This document shows positions 30,686 to 42,163 of a stretch of DNA of 64,000 nt, one piece after another. Source of the DNA: Sphaerodactylus townsendi (lineage: Eukaryota); NCBI RefSeq assembly GCF_021028975.2, contig NC_059439.1:39680001-39744000 (forward strand), given 5' to 3'. Numbering within the stretch: the first letter of the stretch is position 1; each line of letters opens with the position of its first letter. The notes beneath the pieces are model-generated. The model made no database searches. It saw nothing but the letters and a program-made list of their open reading frames with translations, and was not told the DNA's origin. The position numbers and the translations under genes were made by a program.

Positions 30686-31891
30686 CAGAGGCGTTCCTCC
30701 CATTGGGCAAAGTAGGCAGTTGCCCAGGGCGCCCCCAGGGGGATTTTTTGTACTTTCAGAGTTTTTCCATTTTTGGCCTGTAGAGGGCTCAGTTTTTAGG
30801 CTAGCAACACCAACATTTCAGAGATTTTTCGGAAGACTCTCCTGATGATACCACCCAGGTTTGATGAGGTTTGGTTTCGGGAGTCCAAAGTTTTGGACTC
30901 CCAAAGGGGGTGCCCCATCCCCCATGATTTCCAATGGGAGCTAATAGGAGATGGGTGCTACACCTTTGAGGGCCCATAACTTTGTACCCCCTGAACCAAA
31001 CTTCACCAAACCTGGGAGGTATCATCAGTAGGGGCTCACAAAAATACTGTAAAATTTTGGTGCTGCTATCTTAATAATTGCACCCCTGACAGCAGGCACC
31101 CCCCTAAATTTCCCCAGATTTTCCTTTTAAATCCACCCCCTTCCTGCCAATGCTTGTTTTCTTTCTTTCTTTTATTCTCTCAATGCCTAATAAAAGTTGT
31201 TGTTGTTGTTGTTAAATCCACCCCCTTCAGCATGGATTTAAAGGGAGAATCTGAGGTCCCCAGTTTAAACAACATTGAAAGTGATGCTGTTTCAGTGTTT
31301 TCAGGTGGTCGATCAGGGAGAATCCATATTATAACATGCTCATCTCACAGTTTGAATAATAGTCTTGATGGTGATATTTTGAATATCAAAGCTGTAACAG
31401 CGACATTGGATAAAACTTGTAGAAGAGAGTTTATGAGGAGGTAGTTCAGTCCTCAGTAACATTCAATGGTATTTCAACCAACTCCGCATTCTCCAGGCCT
31501 TTAAGGTGGATTTAAGAGAATCTGGGCTCCCTAGTTTAAATACCATTGAAAGTGATGCTGTTTTCCCCAATTGGGGGACTGGATACACCACCATAAAATG
31601 TTTTCATAGTGCTACCACAGGGTAACGGGTTCAAACGGGTTTATTCAGTAATAAAACATTTTGAAAGCATTTTGGAAATGTTTTCAAAAAAATATGTCTG
31701 CTGTGCGGGATGGCCCATTGCTGTGTTCAGATTTGTGAGTTGGGGCATGTTCCATAATGTGATGGTGACTGAAACGACCTGGTGGAAAAAATCATTGTTT
31801 GGTCACGGTGGGGGAAGGTGGCTGCCCATGGGGGAGGGGGCATCGAACCCCAGTTTTGCCCAGGGCTCCAGTTTGCCTAGGTACGCCACTG
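30686..31891. mobile_element. Non-autonomous hAT element with internal inverted repeats
   Basis: TIRs CAGAGGCGTTCCT / AGGTACGCCACTG; perfect 8-bp TSD CGTGAGCG at 30678-30685 and 31892-31899. Internal sequence is shared with 45080-45847. Confidence 0.85.
31144..31211 (+). mobile_element. 68-bp retroposon 3' tail nested in the hAT element
   Basis: AATAAAA followed by (GTT)n; 17-bp TSD TTAAATCCACCCCCTTC at 31127-31143 and 31212-31228. Confidence 0.75.
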
Positions 31892-32648
31892 CGTGAGCGG
31901 GGAGGGGCCCCCTCGCCTGTCGGAATTTTTAAAAATCCAACCGCCCCCCGCCCCCCCCCCCCCAATGGCTGGCTGGTTTCTGACGCCTTTCGAGGGTCCA
32001 CAGGTCCGGCTGCTGCTTTCTCCCAGAGGGAACACTGCTTGAACGAAAAGGCGGCCCAGAACTACTCTCACTACGGACAAAGAAGCCCCCGAAGGCCCAA
32101 GGGAGGGGGGAGGGGTGGCTCAGGCCTGGGGGGAGAGTCAGGGGGCGGGGCACGCGTAAATCACCCCCCTCCGACTCCTTCCCCCCCTCGCCTTCCCCCC
32201 TGGCCCGGCCCCACCAGCCTGACTCGTTTTCAGCCGGCAGAAAGCTGTTTTCTGCCGGCTGGAAAAGGTACGTGAGGGAGGGGGGCGCAGGGGGGCCACG
32301 CTTCTGGAGAGCGCCCAGCAACAGCAGCACAGCTGCGACTCGGAATGCACAAAAGGAAAGTGCCTCTGAGCACATGCAAAGAACCTTTCCTACCCCGCGC
32401 GGTTCGAATCCCACTTCCACCGCGGACACCTGCTGGCTGTGCTCCGCCTGGCCTACCTGTCCGGGTTGCTGTGAGGAGGAGGAGGAGGAGGCGTTGTGTC
32501 TCAGCAGGGGTAAGGGATGGGGGTGGGACGGGGATCACGTGCTCGCGCGGACCCGAGCCCCAGCGAGCAGAAAGGGGGCGGGGCCTGGCCCTAATAAGGC
32601 TGGCGTCCCGGCGGTGGGGTCTGCGCCTCGCCTCTCCTCGCCTCGGCC

Positions 32649-35600
32649 ATGTGGCTCCGCTTCGCCCCCCTGCGCCTGCCGCTCCGACGGCGCCTGCAGA
32701 CGGCCGCCGTGCTCCAGTGGGTCTTCTCCTTCCTGGCTCTGGGTAAGGAGGGCGGGCTGGGCTGCCGCCGCCTTCGCTCGCCGCCCTTCCAGGGCCCGGA
32801 GGAGCCCGACGGGTTTTGCGCCGCCCGCTCCCCAAGCCTGCCTTGCCGTGCCTCCTGAAAGCCTGCGCGCAGGGATGGGGCGGCTCCCTCTGAGCATGAG
32901 CAGAGCGCAGGGCTCCCGCGTGGCCTTGGGAGCCTCTGGCGGCGGGGGCTCCTGCCACCCCCTCCCCCTTATTTCTCTCTCGCTCTGCCCCCCTCCCCAG
33001 CTCAGTGCTGCCTGGGCCTCTTCGTGCTGCTGCTGCTGGGCGAGGGCTGGGCGCTGGCCGTCCTTTACGCCGCCTGGCTCTACCTGGACTGGGAGACGCC
33101 CGCCCGCGGGGGGCGCCGCTCGGCCTGGGTGCGCCGCTGGGCCGTTTGGCGCCACTTCCGCGACTACTTCCCCATCACGGTGAGCCGCCGACCTTCCCGG
33201 GGAGCGGGCGGGCGGGGGTCGTGGCTCAGGCGCGGGACCCGGGATCGCGGATAGGTGAGGCTCCGGCGCTTGCTCCCCTCCCTTGCCAGTTCTGTCCCGC
33301 CGGTGGTGTCCCGGGAGCCAGGTGGACTGCCCCGCCCGTTGTTGCCCACTCCTCTTTTTGGGGCCCCTGCAGCTGGTGAAGGTGGCGGACCTGGATCCTG
33401 CGCGCAACTACCTCTTCGGCTTCCACCCCCACGGCGTGCTGGTGGCGGGGGCCTTCGGCAACTTCTGCACAGAGGCGACGGGCTTCCAGGAGCTCTTCCC
33501 TGGCCTCACCCCCCACTTGCTGATGCTGCCCTTCTGGTTCAAAGTGCCCTTCTTCCGAGACTACATCATGAGCGGGGGTGAGTGGGGGGTGGGTGGACTT
33601 GGAGCCGGGGGTTCAGGAGGGCGGCCCAGTTAAGGCCCCTTGGCCAGATGTCTGGGTCCCGGTCGGCCTGGTGACCTGTGGCCTGGCACATAAGGGGGCC
33701 GATCCGTGACTGCTGGTTTCTCCCACCAGGGCTGGTGTCCTCTGAGAAGGCCAGCGCCTCCTACCTGCTCAGCAAAGAAGGCGGGGGGCAGGTGGCGGTG
33801 GTAGCGGTTGGGGGGCCACCGGAGTCTCTGGACGCCCGCCCTGGGGCTTTCACCCTCCAAATCCTGGGCCGCAAGGGCTTCATCAAGATGGCGCTGCAGC
33901 ATGGGTGAGCAGGTGCAGGTGGGGGCCTGTCTGACTCCAGCACAAACCGAGAGGACCAAACGGTCTCTCTGGGCAGGGATCTCCTCATGGCCCGGGAATC
34001 GCTGCCACAAGCAGGCGGGGCTCGCAGGCCACAGCACCAGAGGGGGTCTGCCCCGTCTCATGCTGCTCAGGGTCTGCCCTCTTTGCCGCCTTTCCCCAGA
34101 GCCGCCCTGGTCCCCGTCTTCTCCTTTGGGGAGAACGAGCTCTTCAATCAGATTCCCAACCCAGAGGGCTCCTTCCTCCGCACTGCGCAGGAGCGGCTGC
34201 AGAAGGCCATGGGGCTGGCGCTGCCCCTCTTCCACGCCCGAGGGGTGTTCCAGTACAGCTTCGGCCTTCTGCCTTTCCGGAGGCCCATCCATACTGTGGG
34301 TGAGTGGCACAAGGCGGCCTGCCCTCCCCCCCCACACACACACGCACACGCCTGGGGGCCGGCTGCTCTGCTGCCCTTTGGACAGGTCTGGCCAACCTGC
34401 CCTTCTCTTGGGGGGGGGGCAGGGGGGGGAGGTTGCTGCAGGTATTCCCAAAAGTTTTGCAACTGTGTCTACAGTGGGGCTGGCTTGCCAAGCGCACAGA
34501 AGCAGCTTTGGACTTTGGGCTGGGGGGAGGCTCAGGGGGCTGGATCGGTGGACGCTGAGGCCCCTCAACCTGTGACCTTTGGGTGAAAGTGGAAAAGTCT
34601 TCCACAAGGGCGGGGGGGGGGAGTGAAAGAGAGGAGGGCCCAAAAGAGCAGCCGTTTCCCCTGCACAGAGAGGCCGAGCTGCTCTTGAATGCCTTCTGGG
34701 AGACCCGTGAAATTGCCTGCTTCTGAACCGACCCCCTGGCCTCTATCAAGGTCTTCCTCGTCCGCTCAGACTGGCAGCCGCTCTCCAGGGTCGCGTGCGA
34801 AGGAAGGCCTTTCCCCTTCACCTGCTGCCTGGTTCTTCCAACTGCAGGGATTGAACCGGGGGGGCTTCTGCATGCCAAGTGGAAGCCCCAGCCACTGAGC
34901 TTCCGCCCCTTCCCCCGACAGGAGCAGCAGTGGCGAAGGAGGTTAAGAGCTCGTGTATCTAATCTGGAGGAACCGGGTTTGATTCCCCGCTCTGCCGCCT
35001 GAGCTGTGGAGGCTTCTCTGGGGAATTCAGATTAGCCTGGGCACTCCCACACACGCCAGCTGGGTGACCTTGGGCTAGTCACAGCTTCTCAGAGCTCTCA
35101 GCCCCACCCACCTCCCAGGGTGTTTGTTGGGAGGGGGGAAGGGCAAGGAGATTGTCAGCCCCTTTGAGTCTCGTGCAGGAGAGAAAGGGGGGATATAAAT
35201 CCAAACTCCTCTTCTTCTTCTTCTCGGGGACCCGTGTGTGTCCACATGTGTATCCGCACCCAGTCAGGATTCAGGACGGTGGCCTCGTGGGCCCAAGTTG
35301 CCAATGTCTCCATTTGCTTCACTGGGCAGGGGAGGCTTTTGGGGCTGAGGTTTAGCAGGGAAGTCTCTACTCAGCATGTGGAAGGTCTGAGGTTCATTCC
35401 CCCGACGTCTCCAGTTGAAAGTCCCAGATTGCAGGTGAGGTGAAATACCTTTCTCTGCCGGAGACCCAGGTGGGGCTGCTGCCAGACTGCGTAGACATGC
35501 CCGGCCTTGATGGAAGCAGCAGTAGCTCCATGTTGCTGAACTGGGCCCTGGTCCCGCCCTTGGCATGACCTCCAAACTGGCCACGAAGGTGGCTGGAGAA

Positions 35601-35820
35601 GAGAGGTGGCCAAGGGTGGTGGTGGGCAGGGGCCATCTGATGCCTCCCCTGCTCTCCTCCCACAGTGGGGGCCCCAATCCTTGTGCCCAAGACTCCCAGC
35701 CCGTCTCCGGAAGCCATTGACCAGCTGCACAAGACCTACCTGGAGAAACTCGTCCAGCTGTTTGAAGACAACAAGGTCAAGTTTGGAGTGCCTGAAAACA
35801 AACATCTCAACCTGATCTAG
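32649..35820 (+). CDS. 2-acylglycerol O-acyltransferase, MOGAT1/MOGAT2-type, 6 exons, 335 aa
   Basis: Exons 32649-32742, 33001-33179, 33373-33577, 33730-33904, 34100-34299, 35666-35820 sum to 1008 nt. Motifs [64 protein letters not shown] at 36105-36110. Confidence 0.95.
34921..35224 (+). mobile_element. tRNA-derived SINE (Squam3-like)
   Basis: A box GTGGCGAAGGAGG, B box GGTTTGATTCC, (TTC)n tail; nearly identical to three other full-length copies in the window. Confidence 0.85.
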
Positions 35821-36832
35821 AAGAGGGCTTTGAGCGGGGAGGGGGGGGGCCTTGGCCTCGGCCCCTTCCTGGACTGAACTCTTTGGCCTTGTGGGGAGCA
35901 ATCGCTGCCGTCACTGGATGAAAGGAGACCTTCTCAGAAGTAGAGGGTCCTCTGCAGGGGGCACAGGGCGTGGGCAGAGGACATCCCAGAAATGGCATCC
36001 AGGCACCTGTGTGTATGGGAGCGGGAGGGGGTGGGCACGGTCGTGGGGGTGGGACTTTCAGAGCATGACACCCCTCCCCCTTTTGGTTGTTTGCTTTCCA
36101 GTGAAATAAAGTGGGAACAGAGGTGGTTGTGCCATTCTCTGGTCTCAGCTCCTGCAGGCTGAGCTTCTGCCGCTCTTTCTGTTTCAGATGCACTGTGTGG
36201 TTGGGAGGGGTGTGTGAGCTAAACTCACTCCCAATTGGCCCAGGGCAGGGGGAGTGGCCTGGGGTCTCTGCCCAGTTGTCCTGTCCAGCGCTGCTGCAAT
36301 CCAGACGGCTGTTGCAGAGACAGGGCAGGACCTTGACTCTCCTGGTGGGGGTGGGGGTGGGGGGTGGGAAAGAGCACTAAAAATAGTTTTCCACCCTCTT
36401 GAACTTCACAAATGACCAGACCGGATCCTGGCTTTCATCATGGCTTTGGGCAGGCGCCAAGACGTCTACTGGGGCCCTGACTGCACGTATGCTCTCTGCA
36501 ATGTTTTGGCTTGGGAATGGTGTGGGAAAGGCACTCTTCGCATGCTCTGAAGAGTCCTATTTTTTTTACTTCTGGTCTGGTAACTATGGATCCCTCAACT
36601 GCCATCATTGGCGGGGGGGTGGTGCACAATATATCCAGGCCCCAAGATGCTAGACCTTGACAGGGAATTTAGCCTTCCTGCCTCCCTGCTTCTAAAATCC
36701 CGTCTTCAGATGAAAACCTCCAGATCGTTCCAGGCCCAGACCTTGGTCCCTTCAACAGCATCATCCAATTCTAAGATTTTAGGTGGGGCAGAATGACCCA
36801 ATGCCAATTTCATTTTTTTAAAACTACCTATT

Positions 36833-37312
36833 CATAGAATAATGGAAGAGACCACGAGGGCCAGCCCCCTGCCATGCAGGAACACACAACCAACAACCCC
36901 TTGACAGGTGGCCGTCCAGCCTCTGTTTAAAAACCTCCAAAGAAGGAGACTCCACCACACTCTGAGGCAGCAGATTCCACCATTGAACTGCACTTACTGT
37001 CAGGAAATTCTTCCTGATGTTTGGAACGAGTCCTCCACTTTCCTGCACCTTGAACCCAGGACTCTGTGTCCTAGTCTCTGAGGCAGCAGAAAACGAGCTT
37101 GCTCCATCTTCCACAAGACAATCCTTCAAATATTTGAACATGGCTATCATGTCACCCCTTAACCTTCTCTTCTGCAGACTAAACATATTTAGCTCCCCAA
37201 TCCACTCCTCATAGGGCATGAAATCAGGCTTTTTACCATTTTGGATGCCCTCCTCTTGACCAATTCCAGGCTGTCAATATCCTTCTTGAATTGTCGTTCG
37301 CAGAACAGTATT
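36833..37312 (-). mobile_element. CR1 LINE 3' fragment
   Basis: FSLQKRRLRGDMIAMFKYLK...RKNFLTV...WNLLP..VVESPSLEVFKQRLD is the CR1 ORF2 C-terminus; ends in TTCTATG. Confidence 0.9.
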
Positions 37313-37317
37313 CCTGG

Positions 37318-37800
37318 GGTGCCGTCCGGACACGCAGGGGGAAACACCATGTATGCAGGGGGCGACCGGACACGCAGGGGGGCGTCCAGTCACCTGGGGG
37401 GGCATCTGGACATGCGGGGGGCATCCGGAAATGAAGGATGATGTGTGGATACGCAGGGGGGGCGTTCGGACATGCAGGGGGGGCTCCACGCACTCAAAGG
37501 GGAGTCCGGACGTGCAGGGGGGTGTCCAGACATGCAGGGGTGCTATCCAGACATGACTGGAGTGTCTGGACACACAGGGGGGTGTCTAGATACTTGGGGG
37601 CGTCTGGACATGTAGCGGGGGCATCTGGAAACGTAGGGTGACGTGCGGATACGCAGAGGGGCTGTCCGGTCATGCATGGGAGTTGTCCGGACACACATGG
37701 GCCATCCGGGCATGCAGGGAGGGCGTCCGGACATGTGGGGGGCATCTGGACATGCAGGGGGAGCGTCCGGACACGCAGGGGGTCAGTCCGGACATGGGGG
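37318..37800. repeat. Degenerate ~20-bp G-rich minisatellite (GGGGGCGTCCGGACATGCAG-like)
   Basis: More than 20 imperfect units built around a TCCGGA/TCTGGA core. Confidence 0.8.
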
Positions 37801-38613
37801 CACCTTAAGAGTATGCCACACCTGTTCATCCCAGTCTTGATACCCTTCTCCCTAATCTGTTTTCTTCTCCCCCTCCCTATCTGTTGACTTCCCAAAGCTT
37901 TTCCAGAGAGTTTGTCCTGGCCAGGTTGAGCCCCCATTCCTTAGCAGCTGTGAGGGGAATCTTCAGGTATTTACCTTTTCCAGAACAAACCTGCCCCTGT
38001 TCCTTGGGTCGGACTGGCATGGCTGCACCCAGCCTTCTGGAGTGTTCTGTCTTTGCTAATCCCAGGGAGCGGGATCTCTCAGTGTGTTTGTCAGTTCATT
38101 CTGTTGTGTGCTCTTTACATTCCAGTCGCAAAACTCCGTGCTGACCGGGATCCAAAAAGAGCTCTTGGAGCAGCAGAACTTCTACTCTTTGTTGGGTGAT
38201 GAGCAATTAGCCACATCTATTGGCTGCTCAAGACTGATGTGTCGTAGAGCTTTTGTTGGCGGAAAGGAGCCTGGCCCCTCTCCGTAATGCACTGCTGCAT
38301 TTCTCGAGAGAAGTAAGCAGGCCTATTGAGACTGCAGAGGACTGCGCTGGGATCAGGGGCCCCTCTCCTTTCTTTGGCAAGCGGACAGCCAGGCAGCCTG
38401 CTGGGCGTGGCTCCTTCCGGGCAATCCTGCTTCTGGTGGGAACTGCTGCCCACCTGAACAACACTCAGCGAGGAGAAATGTATTGTGCATTATTGGATCC
38501 AACCCCTTTTGGTCGCCCTCCTGGAAAGCCCGTTCCCTAGGGAGGCTCATCCCGGATTTGCCCTGCATGCCTCTATTGGACAGCCACTTCTTTGGGATTC
38601 CTTTGTGTCACTG

Positions 38614-38941
38614 GGAGCAGCAGTGGCGAAGGAGGTTAAGAGCTCGTGTATCTAATCTGGAGGAACCGGGTTTGATTCCCCGCTCTGCCGCCTGAGCTGT
38701 GGAGGCTTATCTGGGGAATTCAGATTGGCCTGGGCACTCCCACACACGCCAGCTGGGTGACCTTGGGCTAGTCACAGCTTCTCGGAGCTCTCTCAGCCCC
38801 ACCCACCTCACAGGGTGTTTGTTGTGAGGGGGAAGGGCAAGGAGATTGTCAGCCCCTTTGAGTCTCCTGCAGGAGAGAAAGGGGAGATATAAATCCAAAC
38901 TCTTCTTCTTCTTCTTCTTCTTCTTCTTCTTCTTCTTCTTC
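38614..38941 (+). mobile_element. tRNA-derived SINE (Squam3-like) with expanded (TTC)n tail
   Basis: Same sequence as 34921-35224. Confidence 0.85.
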
Positions 38942-39603
38942 AGCTCCTATAACTACTGCTGTTTCTCCAGCCAAAGTGTGGTTGTGGTTCACGTGACTCT
39001 GCTCGGGCCAAGGTCTTCCTCTGGGACATCCCTCTGCTGTCTGATCCTTTTATTATTTCCTTGAACCTTTACTCAAATGCTTGGTTTCCGGATTCTCAGA
39101 TCAGACAGTTCTTTCAATCCTGCTCCACAGGGGCCATCCCTCCTCTTTCACAATTTCTGGACTTGTTCTTCTGTCTGTCTTTAACAACTCTTCCCTTCTC
39201 TCCCTCTCCTCCTTGTGGCCATTCCCAGCAGAGAGTTGGAAGAGGGCAGGCACTCTCTCACTTCCTGTTTCCCTCTCCTCATTCAAGTCCTCCTGCACAG
39301 GTGCTTCTGAAGGCAACATTTTCAGTGTTCCTGTCCTTGATTACCTTCCCCACAACACATTTTAACCTGACCTGGGAAAAAGATCAGGTTGCTCGGTCAT
39401 CACTGGTCAGCTGTCAGGAGGTACCAGGAGCCTGCTTGCTCTTCTCCCACAGTCCAGGTCAAGACTCCCTCATCCTTGGTTCTCCTCCCCCTAACTGGCA
39501 AGGGTGCTGTCTTGGGCCCCTCAGCCTGTGGAAGCAAGAAGAGGTCTCTCCCTGAGCTTGAGCTCCCCCAAATGTGTCATGGTTCTGGGTGAGACACAAA
39601 CCC

Positions 39604-40001
39604 TGGTCAGAACCAGGGGGCATACACTGAAAATACTGGGGGGAAGAATTAGGACTAATAAAAGGAAACACTTCTTCATGCAATGTGCGATTGGTGTTTG
39701 GAATATGTTGCCACAGGAGGTGGTGATGGCCACTCACCTGGATAGCTTTAAAAGGGGCTTGAACAGATTGATGGAGGAGAAGTCGATTTATGACTACCAA
39801 TCTTGATCCTCCTTGATCTGAGATTGCAAATGCCTGAGCAGACCAGGTGCTCGGGAGCAACAGCCGCAGAAGGCCATTGCTTTCACCTCCTGCATGTGAG
39901 CTCCCAAAGGCACCTGGTGGGCCACTGCGAGTAGCAGAGAGCTGGACTAGATGGACTCTGGTCTGATCCAGCTGGCTTGTTCTTATGTTCTTATGTTCTT
40001 A
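39604..40001 (+). mobile_element. CR1 LINE 3' fragment
   Basis: RTRGHTLKI...RKHFF...WNMLPQEVVMA..LDSFKRGL plus a (TTCTTATG)n tail. Confidence 0.85.
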
Positions 40002-41349
40002 CAGGCCAGACATGTCTCAGGATGAACAAGAAAGGGCGCACCTGTACTAAGGAGGACATCAGTGGTGTGGGCTCAGGAGTCAAAATGTCACAGCGCTCCT
40101 TGTGAAGGAGGGGGAACGTGATTGGCATGCTGGCCTTTGGCTTTAGGGCCCTGGCGGAGAGGTTGCCTCCCTGGGCTGTGAGCCCCTTTGCTAGCCCTGA
40201 AGCCAGCGACAGCCTGTGGCAGCCCCAGCCTTGGCCTTTGGCAGAATTAAGCCACACGGAGACTCCTGCTGCTTCACAACCATTTCCTCAAAGCCAAAAA
40301 ACCTGCAGTGTCTCATAGGGGTGGGAGTGAATGAGGAGGGCAGTAAATATTCAGGGGTGAGCTAGATGTCCTCGTTGAGCTCCTTTCTGCCACAAGGGGG
40401 ATTTTTCACTGCTGCCGAGACCACGGATGAACACGGGAAGATGCCTTCTTTGGAACCAGAACCAAGCCCTCCGCTCATCCAGGTCAGTCTTGTCTGCTCC
40501 AACCGGCAGCCCAGGGCTTCATTGCTGTGACGGATGGCAGGGCGGCCTCTGTGGTTTCAACAAGTTTATTAACAGCTAACAACAAGAGCTATGAGAACGG
40601 GTCTGTCAGGAGCTTTCAGACTGTCAGGTCCCAGTCCCAGCTGCTTTTCCCTCGGTCTCTTAACTCTTAAAAGTAGAGCATCGCTCTCCAGGTGAGAAAC
40701 GCCTTCCACATCACCTTTCAAATCTTTAACTGGAGGGGCTGCTGGGATTGAACTGGGACCCACTGGTATGCCAAACAGCCCTGGTCTAAGAAGGGGAGGC
40801 GGCTCAACTGGGAAAGTCCTCCTCTCCAGAACCCACTCCCCTCCCCAACTCCAGCCAGGCCCTTAGCGGTAATTTGTCATTTATTTATTAATACATCTAT
40901 ATCCTGCCTTTCCTCTTGGTACAAAGTGGTCTGCTAGACTTACGTAAACCACCCCCCACTCCCACTACAGTTGACGAGCAGTTCAAACCTCCTCCCAAAC
41001 CCTGGGAAACCTTCATAAGATCTCCAAAGGGGGGGGGGGTCCTCATGTTCGATGCCAGAATTCGGGGGGGGGGGGTGTTGCCTGAGAAGTGTGGTTGGTC
41101 CTTCCAATGTGCGGCACCTGAGTTGTGGTGGGTGACAGCCAGCACCTCCACGGGAACTGAGCAACAGGCTGCCAGCCCAAGAGGGTGTTTCCAAAGGGGC
41201 CTCCCGCCTTCTGCCCAGCCAGCCCCTGACTTCCTATCTTCCAGGGCAGCCCCATCGGGAACCCCTTGCAGCAGTCCAGTCAAGGCGGAAGGGGGGGTGT
41301 GAGGTGGAGCAAAGAGACGCCCAGATGCCTTCCGAGCCGCTCCCGATTG

Positions 41350-42163
41350 GAGCTCAATACACGGCAGACAGGCAGGGGCAGCTTCGGCGCCGCTGTCCGC
41401 CAGGGAATGGTGCGGCGCACACGGGGGTGGGGTGGGGTGGGGTGGGAGGTCCTCTCCGCCGATTGCCCGGGCCAGGGTGGGGCACGTCTGTCTGGCAAAC
41501 CTGGCTGCGACACCGGAACCGCCACACACACACGCACGCCTCGTTGGCTGTCCTCGGAAAGGGGTGGCGGCGCAGGACGCGGCTCTAAACAGCCCTCCGA
41601 CGACCGCCCCATGCCTCCCCCCCCGGCCCTTCGGAAACTGCCCTGGCAGGCTCGCCCAGACAAGGCTCGCCCCTCCCCCCGTCTGGGGGCCTTTTGGGGG
41701 CCTGCATGGCCCTCCTCCGCGCGCGCCCTCTGAGAGGCCAGCGACGACCCCGGTCCCTACGGCCGAGAAGGAACTGGGGAAGGGGGAGGCAGCCCTCCTG
41801 ATGGCCGAGCGAAGGGAGGGAGCGGCGCTCTGTACATGCTCTCTGGTGCTGCCGTTGCTCGCCCTGCCAGGAGCGCAGGGCGGTGCCCGCGGGGCGCGCA
41901 TCTCTCCCTTGAGCCACCAGCAAACGCGGCGCTGTCCCAAGGACGAGCCCCCTTCGCGGCGCTCCCGGCCGGCTGCCTCCCCATCCCTGCCTTCCGCCCC
42001 GTGCGCGAAGCGAGCTCCTTATCGTCCGCGCCTCCCTCCCCACCCCCCCTCCCAGGCAGCCGGGCCAAAGTGCGGCGCGGAGGCGGCCAGGTTGGCACGA
42101 GACGCTCCCGACGGGCCTAGACTGCTTGGCTGTGCAGCCCCGCGTGACTCGGCCCGGACCACC
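41350..42163 (+). promoter_or_regulatory. CpG-rich promoter of MOGAT3
   Basis: CpG-dense. GATA site CTTATC at 42018-42023 and HNF4/DR1-like GGGCCAAAGTGC at 42062-42073. Confidence 0.5.

Noticed and set aside
34921-35000. tRNA gene (A and B boxes)
   Set aside because: It is the head of a SINE present in several copies.
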